DNA of 64,000 nt from Mobula hypostoma (lineage: Eukaryota): the NCBI RefSeq assembly GCF_963921235.1, contig NC_086109.1, positions 35,466,001-35,530,000 of the forward strand. Reading direction: 5' to 3'. Every line of letters begins with the position of its first letter. The stretch's first letter is position 1. Both the position numbers and the translations under genes were made by a program. Positions 26,075-39,910 of this stretch are shown here, one piece after another. The notes below the pieces were generated by a model. That model did no database searches and had not been told where the DNA came from. It saw nothing but the letters and a program-made list of their open reading frames with translations.

Positions 26075-26083
26075 AAAGAAGAG

Positions 26084-26933
26084 TGTTACGAGAATACACA
26101 TAAAATTAAGATGTTTGCTGGCCTGGGTTAGCATCAGTGACATCAGCAAGTGGTCTGCCACCTGCCCTCAGGGGAAGGAGAGATAAGGAACAATGGAGCA
26201 GCGTCTGGAGATGTGTAATGAAGGAACGGGGGAGAGAGAGCTGTCTGGAGCGGCTCCCCTCTTTGAACCTTGAACTGTTTGAAGTGGTGGACAGGCGATA
26301 CCCCAGCAGGGGGATAAAAAGGGACCGGTTTGCTAAGGACACACGCCACCCGAGGTAACGAGACCCTGGAAGTGGTGCGCCTCTCACGAGTGGGTGAGAA
26401 GTATCAGACAACGACCAGGGTGGAAAGGTACAATCAGCTGGAACCCGGTGTGTGTCCGCCCTTGCCTGGGTGCCGGGTTCACTGCAGAGGATCGACCGCA
26501 TCTGGAGGAGGGGTCACAGTCGGTGACCTCAGGTGACATCACCAAGGACCCGCCCAAAAGCTGCTTGTGAGCCATCTCGCTGGTCTGTGAGTGAAGCAGT
26601 GCTCTGAATGATCAGTTGTTCCTGTTCTATCTCTCTCTTCCCCCACGTTGTCCATTGCCATGGCAACGATTACTGTGAACTGAACTGGACTGAACTTTGA
26701 GTCATTTTGAAATTTGGTCATTTACCCCTAGACAATGATAGAGCTTGATTGATGCTGTTATCTTAATTCTGTGCACATGTGTGGTTATCATTGTTGAACT
26801 GTTGCATTTATTATCCTTTCGATTACTGTGTTGCTTGTTTCTTTAATAAAACTTTCTTAGTTCTAGTACTCCAGACTCCAACTGAGTGATCCATTTCTGC
26901 TGGTTTGGCAACCCAGTTACGGGGTACGTAACA
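26084..26933 (+). mobile_element. Solo LTR, 850 bp (Gypsy/ERV-type)
   Basis: Termini TGTTACG...CGTAACA; 4-bp TSD AGAG (26080-26083, 26934-26937); TATA-like GATAAAA near 26314; AATAAA near 26845. Confidence 0.9.
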
Positions 26934-27854
26934 AGAGTTAGTAAGAGATTTGAAAGTGGGAGGGGGAGGGGGAGATCCAAAATGATAGGAGAAGACAGGA
27001 GGGGGAGGGATAGAGCCAAGAGGTGGACAGCTGATTGGCAAAGGGGATATGAGAGGATCATGGGACTGGAGGTCCGGGGAGAAAGACAAGCGGGGGGGGG
27101 GACCCAGAGGATGGGCAAGGGGTATAGTCAGAGGGACAGAGGGAGAAAAAGGAGAGTGAGAGAAAGAATGTGTATATATAAATAAATAACAGACGGGGTA
27201 CGAGGGGGAGGTGGGGCATTAGTGGAAGTTAGAGAAGTCGATGTTCATGCCATCAGGTTGGAGGCTACCCAGGCGGAATATAAGGTGTTGTTCCTCCAAC
27301 CTGAGTGTGGCTTCATCTTTACAGTAGAGGAGGCCGTGGATAGACATGTCAGAATGGGAATGGGATGTGGAATTAAAATGTGTGGCCACTGGGAGATCCT
27401 GCTTTCTCTGGCGGACAGAGCGTAGGTGTTCAGCAAAGTGGTCTCCCAGTCTGCGTCGAGTCTCACCAATATATAAAAGGCCACATCAGGAGCAAGTAAG
27501 AAAGCTGAAATGGTGAAGAGATTTCGGCGGGGGCGGGGGGGTACGTTCATGGTTTAAGTAGACATTCAAAATCCTCGGTGATCAATGAATGTTAACCGTG
27601 CATGAGAGGCCAAAAATGGTAGAACTCAGGGACTTCAAAATACTGTTGGATTGGAGAAGGATAAAAGGAAAGGGAGGCCATCAAGGCATTTGAAAATGAT
27701 AATTGTAAGGTGAGCTATTTTTAGATTAAATGGCACTGCAGGTCAACAAATACAAGGGTTATGAATAAATGGGATGTAATGTGAGTCAAGATGCAGTGTA
27801 AAGGTTTGGATGAGCACAAATTTATCGAAGTTCGCTATTGAATTAACACATTAC

Positions 27855-28362
27855 ACACTCTACCAGTCTGTTGTCGCTCGTACAATCTTCTATGCGGTGG
27901 TGTGCTGGGGCAATGGCAGCAGTATGGGTGATGCTTACAGGCTCAATAAACTGATTAGAAAGGCTGACTCTGTTACAGGAGTCAAAGTGAACACACTGGA
28001 GTCTGTGGTAGAACAAAGGACCCTATGGAAAATCCTGGCAATTCTGGGCAATGTTTCTCACCCTCTGCATGCCACCTTGACTGAACAGAGAAGCACTTTT
28101 AGTAATACCCTAAGACAACTGCACTGCTCCAAAGAGTGATATATAAGTTCATTCTTACCCTCGGCCATTAGGTTCTATAATGAGTTAACCTATAGCTAGG
28201 GAAGTGATGACCCAACCCCTGTTAGATTGTTTGAGGTAACATTTTTAAAATTCTTTTTTGCATCTCTTCTAATACTTATATATCTGTGCACTTGTAATGC
28301 TACTGTGACACTGTAATTTCCTTTGTGATCCTTAAAGTATTTATCTATTTCTATTTATCTAT
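27855..28362 (+). mobile_element. Rex1/Babar-like LINE 3' fragment
   Basis: YQSVVARTIFYAVVCWG...RLNKLIRKA...SHPLH; (TATC/TATT)n tail. Confidence 0.75.
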
Positions 28363-28419
28363 TATCTGAATCTGTTTACCAACAGAATGAGTCCTTATTC
28401 TAGGAGCAGTTCTTTTAAA

Positions 28420-31400
28420 TAGACCATTAAACCATAAGACTTAGGAGCAGAATTAGGCCATCTTGCACATTGAGTCTGCTCTGCCATTAAATCATGGCTG
28501 ATCCTTCTTTTCCTCCTCCTCAACCCCAGTTCCTGGCCTTCTCCCCGTAACCTTTGATACCATGTCCAATCAAGGACCTATCAATCTCTGCCTTAAATTC
28601 ATCCAAAGACCTGGCCTCCACAGACGCATGTGGCAACAAATTCCAAAAATTCACCACCCGTTGGCTAAAGAAATTTCTCCGCATCTCTGTTTTGAAAGGG
28701 CTCCCCTCTGTCCTGAGGATGTACGCTCTGGTCCTAGACTCTTCCACCATGGGAAACATCCTTTCCACATCTACTCTATCTAGGCCTTTCAACATTCGAA
28801 AGGTTTCAATGAGATCCCCCTCATCCTTTTGAATTCTAGCGAGTATAGACCGAGAGCCATCAAAGGTTCCTTGTATGATAACACTTTCATTCCTGGAATC
28901 ATCATTGTGAACCTCCTCTGGACTCTCTCCAATGCCAGCACATCTTTTCTAAGATGAGGGGCCCAAAGCTGTTCACAAAATTCAAGGAGAGGCCTCACCA
29001 GAGCCTTATAAAGCCTCAGCATCTTATCCTTGCTCTTGTATTCTAGACCTCTTGAAATGAATGCTAGCATGGCATTTGCCTTCCTCACCACCGACTCAGC
29101 CTGCAAGTTAACCTTCGGGTTGTTCTGCACAAGGACTCCCGAGTCCCTTTGTATCTCAGATTTTTGGATTTTCTCCCTATTTATAAAATAGTCTGCACAT
29201 TTATTTCTACTACCAAAGTGCATGACCATGCATTTTCCAACATTATACATCTTTTGCGACTTTTTTGCCCATTCTCCTAATCTGTCTAAGTCCTTCTGCA
29301 GCCTACCTGTTTCCTCAACACTACCTGCTACTCCACCAATCTTTGTATCGTCTGCAAACTTGGCAACAAAACCATCATCTAAATCATTTATATACAGCAT
29401 AAAAAGAAGCAGTCCCAACACCAACCCCTGCGGAACACCACTAGTCACTGGCAGCCATCCAGAAAAGGATCCTGTTATTCTCACTCGCTGCCTCCTACCA
29501 ATCAGCCTATACTCTAACCATGTTAGTAACTTTTCTATAGTACTATGGGATCTTACCTTAGTAATTAGCCCCATATGTGGCACCTTGTCAAAGGCCTTCT
29601 GAAAGTCCAAATATACAACATCCACTGCATCTCCTTTATCTATCCTACTTGTACTCTCCTCAAAGAATTCTAACAGGTTTGTCAGGCAAGATTTTCCCTT
29701 GAGAAAACCATGCCGATTTTGTCCTATCTTGTCCTGTGTTACTTCATCATCAACAATTGCCTCCTACACCTTCCCAACCACTGAGCTCAGGGTAATTCAT
29801 CTATAATTTCCTTTCTGCTACCTTCCTTCTTTCTAAAACTGTGGAGTGACATTTGCAATTTTCCAGTCCTCCGGAACCATGCCAGCGTACAATGATTTTT
29901 GACAATCTCTAACACTACCTCTTTCAGAACCCTAGGGTGCAGTTCATCTGGTCTGGGTGACTTATGTACCTTTAGGTCTTTCAGCTTTTTGAACTCCTTC
30001 TCTCTTGTAATAATAATTGCACCCACTTCTCTTCCTTCACACACTATAACATCAGGCCTACTGCTAGTGTCTTCCACAGTGAAAACTGATGCAAAATACT
30101 CATTTAGTTCATCAGCAATCTCCTTGTTCCCCATTATTATTTCTCCTGCCTCATTTTCTAGTGGCCCTATATCCACTCTCATTTCTCTTTTATTTTTAAC
30201 ATACTTGAAAAAACTTTTACTATCCACTTTGATATTATTTGCTAGCTTGCTTTCATATTTCATCTTTTCCCTTCTCATGGTTTTTTAGTTGCTTTCTGTA
30301 GGATTTTAAAAACTTCCCAATTCTCTATCTTCCCACTAGTTTTTGCTTTGTTGTATACCCTTTATTTTGCTTTTACAATAGCTTTGACTTCCCTTGACAG
30401 CTATGGTTGTACTATTTTACCATTTGAGTATTTTTTTTTTCATTTTTGGAATACATATGTCCTGCACCTTCCTCATTTTTCCCGGAAACACACACCTTTG
30501 CTGCTCTGCTGACATCCCTGCCAGCAGCCCCTTCCAACTTATTTTGGCCAAATCCTCTCTCATACCACTGTAATTTCCCTTACTGTACTGAAATTCTGCT
30601 ACAGCAGACTTCACTTTCTCCCTATCAAATTTCTTTCTTTTTCTTTTTCAATATTTTTATTGATTTCTTACATAAAAGAATATGGAGTACAGGTGGATAT
30701 ATATTATATATCAATTACAATATATTTAAATCACACATATAGTCTCTTTACCCCATATTCATGTAAATTAAATTGAATCATAATATTGAAAAGTAATAAT
30801 TTTACTATACTAAAAAAACCTAAACCCACTACCAAGAAAAGCGGTTTGGTAAAGAAAGAAAAAAGGAAAAAAACTCCTTATCATTATAGTAAAACATATT
30901 ATTAGCCAACATCTGAACATAATAACAAATCAAAGATTTTGAAAATAATTCAAAAATGGTCCCCACAATGTTAGAAAGTCTTGTCTAGATTCAGAAATTG
31001 AACGACGAATCTTCCCTAAATTTAAGCATGACATAACATCCTTTAACCATTGAGCATGAATAGGCGGAGCAACACCCTTCCACTTAAGCAACAATGTCCT
31101 CCTAGCTATAAGAGAAATAAAAGCCAAAATGTGCAAATCAGGTGTCTCCAATATAATATCTTTTCCTCCAGCAATACCGAATAAGGCAGTCAAAGGGTTA
31201 GGTTTAAAATTTACTTTGAAAAGTACAGAAAAAGTTTGGAATACTTCCTTCCTATATTTTTCAAGACTCGGGCATGACCAGAACGTATGAATTAATGAAG
31301 CTTCTCCATTGTTACATCTGTCACAATAGGGAGATATATCTGATTTCAAGTTGAACTCAATCATATTGTGATCACTGGTTCCCCAGGGTTCTTTTAAGCT

Positions 31401-31590
31401 CCCTAATCACCTCTGCTTCATTACTTAACACCCAATCCAGTATGGCTGATCCCCTTGTCGGCTCAACAACAAACTGCTGTAAAAAACCATCTCTTAAGCA
31501 TTCAACAAACTCACTTTTTTGAGATCTATTACCAACCTGATTTTCCCAATCAACCTGCAAGTTAAAGTCTCCCATGTCTTCCATATCATT
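28420..31590 (-). mobile_element. CR1 LINE ORF2 (end of APE plus RT), frameshifted and interrupted by L1
   Basis: YLDFQKAFDKVPH, SGVPQG, FADD (28789-29625); KSPRPDELHPRVLKE; MGDFN...LDWVL (31372-31584). Confidence 0.93.
30634..31342 (-). mobile_element. L1-clade LINE 3' fragment
   Basis: CDRC...LIHTFWSC zinc knuckle, LFG and LLLKWK motifs; A-rich tail; CR1 sequence resumes after a duplicated ATTTC (30629-30633, 31343-31347). Confidence 0.85.
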
Positions 31591-34545
31591 ACCAATTACT
31601 TAGGTGGGAAACCATATTGTGTGACTGTATGGGTGAACCAATCTCACCACCTCGTCCCAGGCAATAACACCACCAATACTGAAAGCCTGATCATGCTTAA
31701 CAAGTTGTGATGAATGGGCTGGATTGTCCATGGACATATTTTTCAGAAGAACAGGGAAAACTATTGAAGACAGGTTCCAAGTTGTCTTCTTGTAAGTATG
31801 CAACACCCTCACTGACTCGGGGGACTACCTATCCAACGAATGCTCAAAGTAAAGAAATACCACCCAGGAAAGCACTAAGCAATCTGTGTTTCTCTAACAA
31901 GAATATGTGGCAACTATTTGCAGACAGCAGAAAGAACATAAAACATCATGAGCAAGTTAGTCATCTGCACCATCAAACACCCCCTGCCATGCCCATGTCA
32001 GAAACTACAGAACCCATACTGCTTTTCTGCTGGCTGATGAGGGCAGAGTGGATGAAAGTCCTCCTCAAGCCGGAGGGATAGCCTAAGGAGAAATAATCCA
32101 AAGAAAAGTATGGAAAATATATAGTAGAATAAAATTCCATTATTTCAATCTTTCGACAATGCTTGCAACTAGATATGAACAAGATAGCTGACTGCATTTA
32201 ATCAGGAAAACCTTGGAAATGGCTTTTGATAATAGGAAGATGGCAGTTTGCTGATCTACATTCTCCTCCTTTCCAAGGTTACAGAAAAAAAGTGACCTAA
32301 TTTCAGACTCTGTAGAACAATTTCCTTAATATCATGAAACTTTACAGAAAAGGATGTAAGTACTTCATCTATTTGTGTGCCTGCTTACCAAAAATATGCT
32401 AAATAGGCCATCTTTACCGATACAGGTTATAGCGCTTCATGTATTTGTCCAGTACATTGTCAAATGTGATGACAACTTCTGTCTCCATTATCCATTCAGG
32501 CAATGAGTTCCTCTTGGCAACATAATCTATAGTAATCCGAAGTCAATTCTCACTAGTGAATAATGACCAGTTGTTCTATGGTGATGGTAACCATGGAAAC
32601 CACTCCAACATATCCGACAGAGAAAAGTAGGAAAAGATCAGTAGAGAAAAGAGGAATGCAAATTTGCTGCATTACTTCTGATTTCATTTTACATTTATAC
32701 TTGTGTTTAAGTAACGGGAAATTAATTTTCTGACTGATACATTCAAATGGTAGACAAAGCATAAAATTAACTGCATAATACCCAGCATTCTTTAGCTACT
32801 AAAATTAATAGATGAAGTATAATGAGCAATGCTATACAGATATGTATGACAGGAGGACAGCACTTTATGTAGATGGCACACATTTGGATTATCACCCTAA
32901 AACGTTCCATGCAATGCTGCCTACCAAAGCATAATATCAAGCATGTAATGACAATAAGTGTTCCTGCATCAACATTTTTTAATTGTAGGATTCTGGGCGA
33001 TTGAGTATTTTAACAGGATCTTTTATTGTGTCTGAAATAATCAATGTTCGATATTTGAGGTTTGACCTCAGGAAAAATGGCTGAAGTCATTTAGCACTTA
33101 AGCAAAAATAGTGAAAAGAAAACTGCTAATATTTACAAAAAGATATTTACCAGAAAACATATTAATAGCTTTGTACTATTCTTGTCCAGTGTTGCACCTG
33201 GCGGCCCCTATCTCTCTTCCATACTGAGGGTGAAAAGCTCCCTTTTTTAGGTGCTAGGATATCTCTAATTACCAACAAAGTTACCTTAAGATTACACATG
33301 AATTAAAATATGATGCACCTCACATTGTCGTTACAATCAAATTACCAAATAAACAGAAATATCTGCCTTAAATACATACAAACAACATATACACACTTCC
33401 ACATGCCCATTACTAAAGAAATAGTGTGATGGCAGGAAAGGCATCATAAAGACAACCCAAGTGCGTCAGCTCGGTTTAGGACCCATTGTGAGGACATCCC
33501 TGGGTCCTAAAGATATTGAAGTACATGCACTCAGTGCAATGACGGCAGAATTACAAGGTAATACTTGTGTGTGTCTGAATGTTCACATGTAAGGAGTATG
33601 ATTGCTGAGTGCTCTCTGTCACAACCAGGTAGGCTTTTCCAAAATGAAATTAAAACTATAAAATGAAGAGTACCACATAATTTCTGAAGTACCACTAGCA
33701 CACTGAAATACTTCAATTACCTTATTTTGTTTTCATGCCTGAAGGCCATTTCAGCAAATGGAAAGGGATTCCATTGGGATGGAGCATCTGATAGCATTCC
33801 TACCCAACTGAGCACCCAGATAGTGTCACCTGATTGGTCAGCTACCTCATAGCTACAGCTAATCTTACCTGAGCATCTTGCATTGGATGATTTTCAAAAG
33901 GATCCTCAAGTAACCTTATCTTCTCAAATCAAAAGGAGCAAGCAAATATCAAAAAAAAACAACTCTATCTTAGTTTAATGTTATGTCCACAACATTGTTC
34001 CATACAAGAATAGTGTGCAAATGACAGAATATCACAGCCTAAAGGTGGCCTGAATTAGAATTGAGACTTACTCTTGATTTTTTAAGTGGTTTTGACTTAC
34101 CAGTACAGTACTGATGGAGAAATAGGTCTACTTTCTGCATGTAATATCTACCAACTGACAACCCCCTCCCACAATTCCACCAGTGGTCCTGTAAATACAT
34201 CCATCTTGTTTTAACAAGCGAAGCAGTCTTTAACAATTGTCCAAAGGTTTATTTACTTCCACTCACATAGGGGATATAATCTAGAACCATTTTGCAAACT
34301 TTTGCAATTACTTTAAATGTGTTTCATTATGACGTTTGCAGAAATTTTCTGCAGTTATTTTATCGTAAATGTTCTCATTTTTTTTCTCAGATTGCTAGAT
34401 TGTGAGTTGAAGTCTAATTTTGAAGCTATGTGTCTCTGACCCAGTCTTTTTATGAAAGAAGGAACCTTCATTTTGTTTGGTGCTTAATTATTAATTCCTG
34501 GGAGAAGCCTTTTCGGGAGCAGTTACAGAAAAATAATAGGATCCT

Positions 34546-35060
34546 CAATCAGAATCAGATTTATTATCACTAACACACATGATGTGAAATCTGTAGCACC
34601 AGTACAGTACAAAGATATAAAATTACAAAAATAAATAGATTATGCAAAAAAGGATCAAAATCAAAATGAAAGATCAAAAAAAATCAAATCAAAAAACGTT
34701 TCAGAACTCAGATTGTTAGGGGAAGAAACTGCTTCTGAATTATTAAACGTAAGTCGTCAGGGTCCTGTGCATCCTCCCTGATTTTAGTAACAAGAAGAGG
34801 GCATGTCCCAGGGGGTGAAAGCCCTGAGTGATCGATGTCGCCTTTATGAGGCACCACCGTTTGAAGATGTCTTTGATGGTGGAGAAGATTATACTCATGA
34901 TGAAGATTGCTAAGTCTACACCCTCTGCAGCTCCTTGCAATCCTTTTCATTGGAGCGTCCATACCAGGCTGTGATGCAACCAGAAAGAGTGTTTACCACC
35001 GTACATCTATAGAGATGTGGAAAAGTCTTTGGTGACATACTGCATTTCATCAAACTCCTA
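34546..35060 (-). mobile_element. Rex1/Babar-like LINE 3' fragment
   Basis: IKDIFKRWCLIKATSI...HPLGHALFLLLKSGRMHR; (ATCAGA)n tail. Confidence 0.7.
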
Positions 35061-36024
35061 ATTCATGAACAGCATTGTTCTCTTATTTTTAGCTGAAGTT
35101 CTAGTTGGGCTGGTACTGTGGAACTGATGAAGCACAAATAATAATTTTCTACTGTCTAAATATAAATTTGAGATGTAATTACCTGTACAATACAATCAAT
35201 ATCAGTCTTCCAGGGAGAATTAGTTTCATACAAAAGATATTTTCTTGACAGTGTGCAACAAACAAGTCCCTTTGTGAATCTGGTCAAGATTGCACCTGCA
35301 TACAACACTCCTTTGGTCAACATCTTCTGGATAATCATGAAGCCATGTTTTTCACTTCTTTTATGTTTCTTGACTTGGTTGTGAATCTGGAACTGTTGGA
35401 GCCAGTGTTTTGCTGTTTGGTGATAGTTTGGGTGCTTCAGCGCTCTGCAGTCTCTGAGAGGCTTCTGGGAGGCAGAGGCGGCACGTACAAACTTTGTGGT
35501 GAGAAGGCTGCAGGATAACATGCGTGCTGTTGTTTGACCCCATATCACCGATTACAGCATCCATTATTCGCTGATTAAAGCGACGAGGGCGATTGAAACG
35601 TCAAGGAGAGTGTGGAAGTTTGGGGATGTTTGGGTGTTCCAGCGCTCTGCAATCTCCAAGAGGATTCTGGGAGGCAGAGACACTGTGCGCAAACCTCGCG
35701 ATGGGCAGGCTGTAGGACAGGGCACAAGCCAAAGTTTGGTTCCGTTTCACCAATTAAAGCTCCCATTGTTCATCCGTTAAAGCAACAAAGGAGATTGAAG
35801 CATCAAAGCGAGTGCAAAGGTTGAGCGTTGGCTGCCTGTCCTTTGATGTGGACTTTGAAATATAGATTCTATTTTTCAGTCGTACAGTTTTTATATTCTG
35901 TGTTTTTCGCCCAATCTTCTTGTTTTTTTTTGTTCAGGGAGAGGGATTGTGGGGGGGTCATTCTGCCCAATCCATTTTGTTCTTTTTTTTGTGTGGGAGG
36001 AGGGATTTGGGGGACAATATGCTT

Positions 36025-37766
36025 GATCTCTCCCAGATGCACCGAACAACTTCTACGCTTGCTTTGAGGCGGAAAATGACGTGGCGGCGAGGAAGACCAC
36101 CCCTCCTCCAAACGACCAGGTGCTATGTCTTATTGTGACCGATGTGAGGAGAACCCTGTGTAGAGTCAACCCACGGAAGGCTGCTGGACCAGACAATATT
36201 CCTGGCAGTGCTTAGAGGATGTGCAGACCAGCTAGCTGAGATTCTCACTGACATCTTCAACATCTCCCTGAGCAGCGCCATCATTCCAACGTGCTTCAAG
36301 GTCGCCACCATCGTCCCCGTGCCAAAGAAGTCTTCAGTGTCCTGCCTCAACGACTACTGTCCCGTTGCACTCACATACATCATCATGAAATGTTTCGAGA
36401 GGCTCATCATGAGGTACATCATGACCCTACTGCCCCCCTCACTGGACCCCTGCAGTCCACATACCATCCCAACCATTCAACAGACGACGCCATTGCCATC
36501 ACTCTCCACCTGGCCCTAACCCACCTGGACAAAAAAGACACGTATGTTCGAATGTTGTTCATAGACTTCAGTTCAGCATTCAACACAATCATTCCTCAGA
36601 AACTGATTGGAAAGCTGAGCCTACTGGGCCTGAACACCTCCCTCTGCAACTGGATTCTAGACTTCCTGACTGGGAGACCTCAGTCACTCGGGATTGGAAG
36701 CAGTATCTCCAATACCATCACACTGAGCACAGGGGCCCCCCAGGGCTGTGTGCTCAGTCCACTGCTGTTCACTCTGCTGACCCACGACTGTGCTGCAACA
36801 CACAGCTCAAACCACATCATCAAGTTTGCCGATGACATGACCGTGGTGGGTCTCATCAGCAAGAACGATGAGTCAGCATAAAGAGAGGAGGTGCAGCGGC
36901 TAACGGACTGGTGCAGAGCCAGCAACCTGTCTCTGAATGTAAACAAAACAAAAGAGATTGTTGTTGACTTCAGGAGGACACGGAATGACCACTCTCCACT
37001 GAACATCGACGACTCCTCTGTAGAGATCGTTAAGAGCACCAAATTTCTTGGTGTTCACCTGGTGGAGAATCTCACCTGGTCCCTCAACACCAGCTCCATA
37101 GCAAAGAAAGCCCAGCAGTGTCTCTGCTTTCTGCAAAGGCTGAGAAAAGTCCATTTCCCACCCCCCATCCTCTCCACATTCTACAGAGGTTGTATTGAGA
37201 GCATCCTGAGCAGCTGTATCACTGCCTGGTTCGGAAATTGCACCATCTCGGATCGCAAGACCCTGCAGCGGATAGTGAGTTCAGCTGAGAAGATCATCGG
37301 GGTCTCTCTTCCCGCCATTACAGACATTTACACCACACGCTGCATCCGCAAAGCAAACAGCATTATGAAGGACCCCATGCACCCCTCATACAAACTCTTC
37401 TCCCTCCTGCCATCTGGCAAAAGGCACCGAAGCATTCGGGCTCTCATGACCAGAATATGTAACAGTTTCTTCCCCCAAGTCATCAGACTCCTCAATACCC
37501 AGAGCCTGGACTGACACCAACCTACTGCCCTCTACTGTGCCTATTGTCTTGTTTATTATTTATTGTGATGCCTGGACTGTTTTGTGCACTTTATGCAGTC
37601 TTGGCTAGGTCTGCAGTATCGTGTAGTTTTTGTGTTGTTTTAAATAGTTCAGTGTAGCTTTTGTATTGTTCATGTAGCACCATGGTCCTGAAAAACGTTG
37701 TCTCATTTTTACTGTGTACTGTACCAGCAGTTATGGTCAAAATGACAATAAAAAGTGACTTGACTT
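36025..37766 (+). mobile_element. Rex1/Babar LINE, RT region and 3' end
   Basis: [44 protein letters not shown]; in-frame TAA at 36879 and frameshifts; (GACTT)n tail. Confidence 0.93.
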
Positions 37767-38017
37767 TATTTTTTTGTGCGGGAAGAGGGATTGGGGGAGG
37801 CCGGGTTCAATATGCCTGATCCATTTTGTTCTTGTTTTTTGTGTGGGAGGAGGGGTTTGGGGGGGTTTGATGTGCCTGATCCATTTTGTTTGCTTTTTTG
37901 GTGCAGGAGGAAGGATTTGGGTCTCGATGTGCCTGGTCATTTAATTGAACAATCATTTACCATTCACAATAAAGCCCTACCTAAGAGTGGAAATAAAGTG
38001 ATCCTGTTCTGGTGGCT

Positions 38018-39033
38018 GTAGTGTTTCACAGGGGTCCGTGTTGGGGCCGCTTCTTTTTACATTGTACATCAACGATTTGGATTATGGAATAGATGGCTTT
38101 GTGGTTAAGTTTGCTGACGATACGAGGATAGGTGGAGGGGCCAGTAGTGCTGAGGAAACGGAGAGTCTGCAGAGAGACTTGGATAGATTGGAAGAATGGG
38201 CAGAGAAGTGGCAAATGAAGTACAATGTTGGAAAGTGTATGGTTATACATTTTGGCAGAAAAAATAAATGGGCAGACTATTATTTAAATGGGGAAAGAAT
38301 TCAAAGTTCTGAGATGCAACGGGACTTGGGAGTCCTCGTACAGGATACCCTTAAAGTTAACCTCCAGGCTGAGTCAGTAGTGAAGAAGGAGAATGCAATG
38401 TTGGCATTCATTTCTAGAATAGAGTATAGGAGCAGGGATGTGATGTTGAGGCTCTATAAGGTGCTAGTGAGACCTCACTTGGAGTACTGTGGGCAGTTTT
38501 GGTCTCCTTATTTAAGAAAGGATGTGCTGACGTTGGAGAGGGTACAGAGAAGATTCACTAGAATGATTCCGGGAATGAGAGGGTTAACATATGAGGAACG
38601 TTTGTCTGCTCTTGGACTGTATTCCCTGGAGCTTAAAAGAATGAGGGGAGACCTCATAGAAACATTTCGAATGTTGAAAGGCATGGACAGAGTGGATGTG
38701 GCAAAGTTGTTTCCCATGATGGGGGAGTCTAGTACGAGAGGGCATGACTTAAGGATTGAAGGGCGCCCATTCAGAACAGAAATGCAAAGAAATTTTTTTA
38801 GTCCGAGGGTGGTGAATCTATGGAATTTGTTGCCACGGGCAGCAGTGGAGGTCAAGTCATTGGGTGTATTTAAGGCAGAGATTGATAGGTATCTGAGTAG
38901 CCAGGGCATCAAAGGTTATGGTGAGAAGGCGGGGGAATGGGACTAAATGGGTGAATGGATCAGCTCATGATAAAATGGCAGAGCAGACTCGATGAGCCGA
39001 ATGGCCGACTTCTGCTCCTTTGTCTTATGGTCT
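38018..39033 (+). mobile_element. CR1 LINE 3' fragment (young)
   Basis: 302-aa open frame LGPLLFTLYINDLD...KFADD...LYKVLVRPHLEYC...VVNLWNLLP, plus CR1 3' UTR. Confidence 0.95.
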
Positions 39034-39910
39034 ATTTTACTTGGTTTTTGTGCAGGTGGGTGGATTTAGGGGTTTCATGTGCCTGTTCCATTTTTGTTGG
39101 TATTTTTGGGGAGAAGGTAAGATTTGGGGGCTGATGATCATGCTGCCTATCTTTTTTTTTCTTTCTTGGTTTCGTGGCTATTGGAGAAGTGAAGAATATC
39201 AAAGTTGTATACTTCGATAATAAATGAACATTTGAACCATTGAAATTAGCCCAGACATGATAGAATAAATGGGTTTATAAAATTTGTCCCATAGCAACTT
39301 AACTAGCTTGCTACTGGAGGTAATATTGTTTCTTGGTAAGAATTGAATTCTAAACAATTCCAGTTGACAATAGATATTTTTTGTTAGACAAAACCTACAG
39401 GAAGTTGCATATTAAAAATTTACTGCGCAAAACTCGGGCAACATCGTTTGTCGTGCTAATGTGACCTTTCCTTACTTTTTTTCTGTGGTTTAGTTTTAAG
39501 GCGAGATTAGAGCTGTGTCTTGGTATTATGCACTTCAAACTAATCAAGAATCTTGTTGCACCCAGGAATTAGGTAGGGCTTTACTGTGAATGGTGAATGA
39601 TTGTTCAATAAAATGAAAAAAAAAATGGAATTCCGAGCTAACGCTACCGGCAGGCATCTTGAAATTGCTGCATTCAACAATTGACTGGGGAGAAGGAAAT
39701 AATAGTCTTTTCTAAAGAGCACATCAAATTCCCTGATGTCTCAAATTGTGAAACTGACCACAAAGAGACTATTCATTATGCTGTTGCTGTGAAATATTGC
39801 AATGATTCTTGGTGAAACTACAAGAAAGAAGCTACAACAGCCTGTTTCCTCACCAGGAAAGCCATACCTGCCAAATGGCAGCAGAGAAAAAAAAACATAA
39901 ATGTAAGGTA

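Larger units (their letters stand above)
25940..27494 (-). mobile_element. Penelope-like element 3' part, interrupted by a solo LTR
   Basis: Same family as the 4.6 and 12.8 kb copies; GIY-YIG C-terminus ~27220-27494; pLTR split at 26084-26933. Confidence 0.9.
35370..39245 (+). mobile_element. Unclassified retroelement-like repeat with internal tandem units, split by Rex1 and CR1 insertions
   Basis: Unit GGGAGGAGGGATTTGGGG...GTGCCTGATCCATTTTGTT recurs at 35.9-36.0, 37.8-37.9 and 39.05-39.15 kb; ends in AATAAA plus (TTGAA) units. Confidence 0.5.

Noticed and set aside
31707..32081. 124-aa plus-strand ORF outside known repeats
   Set aside because: No recognisable domain or splice support.
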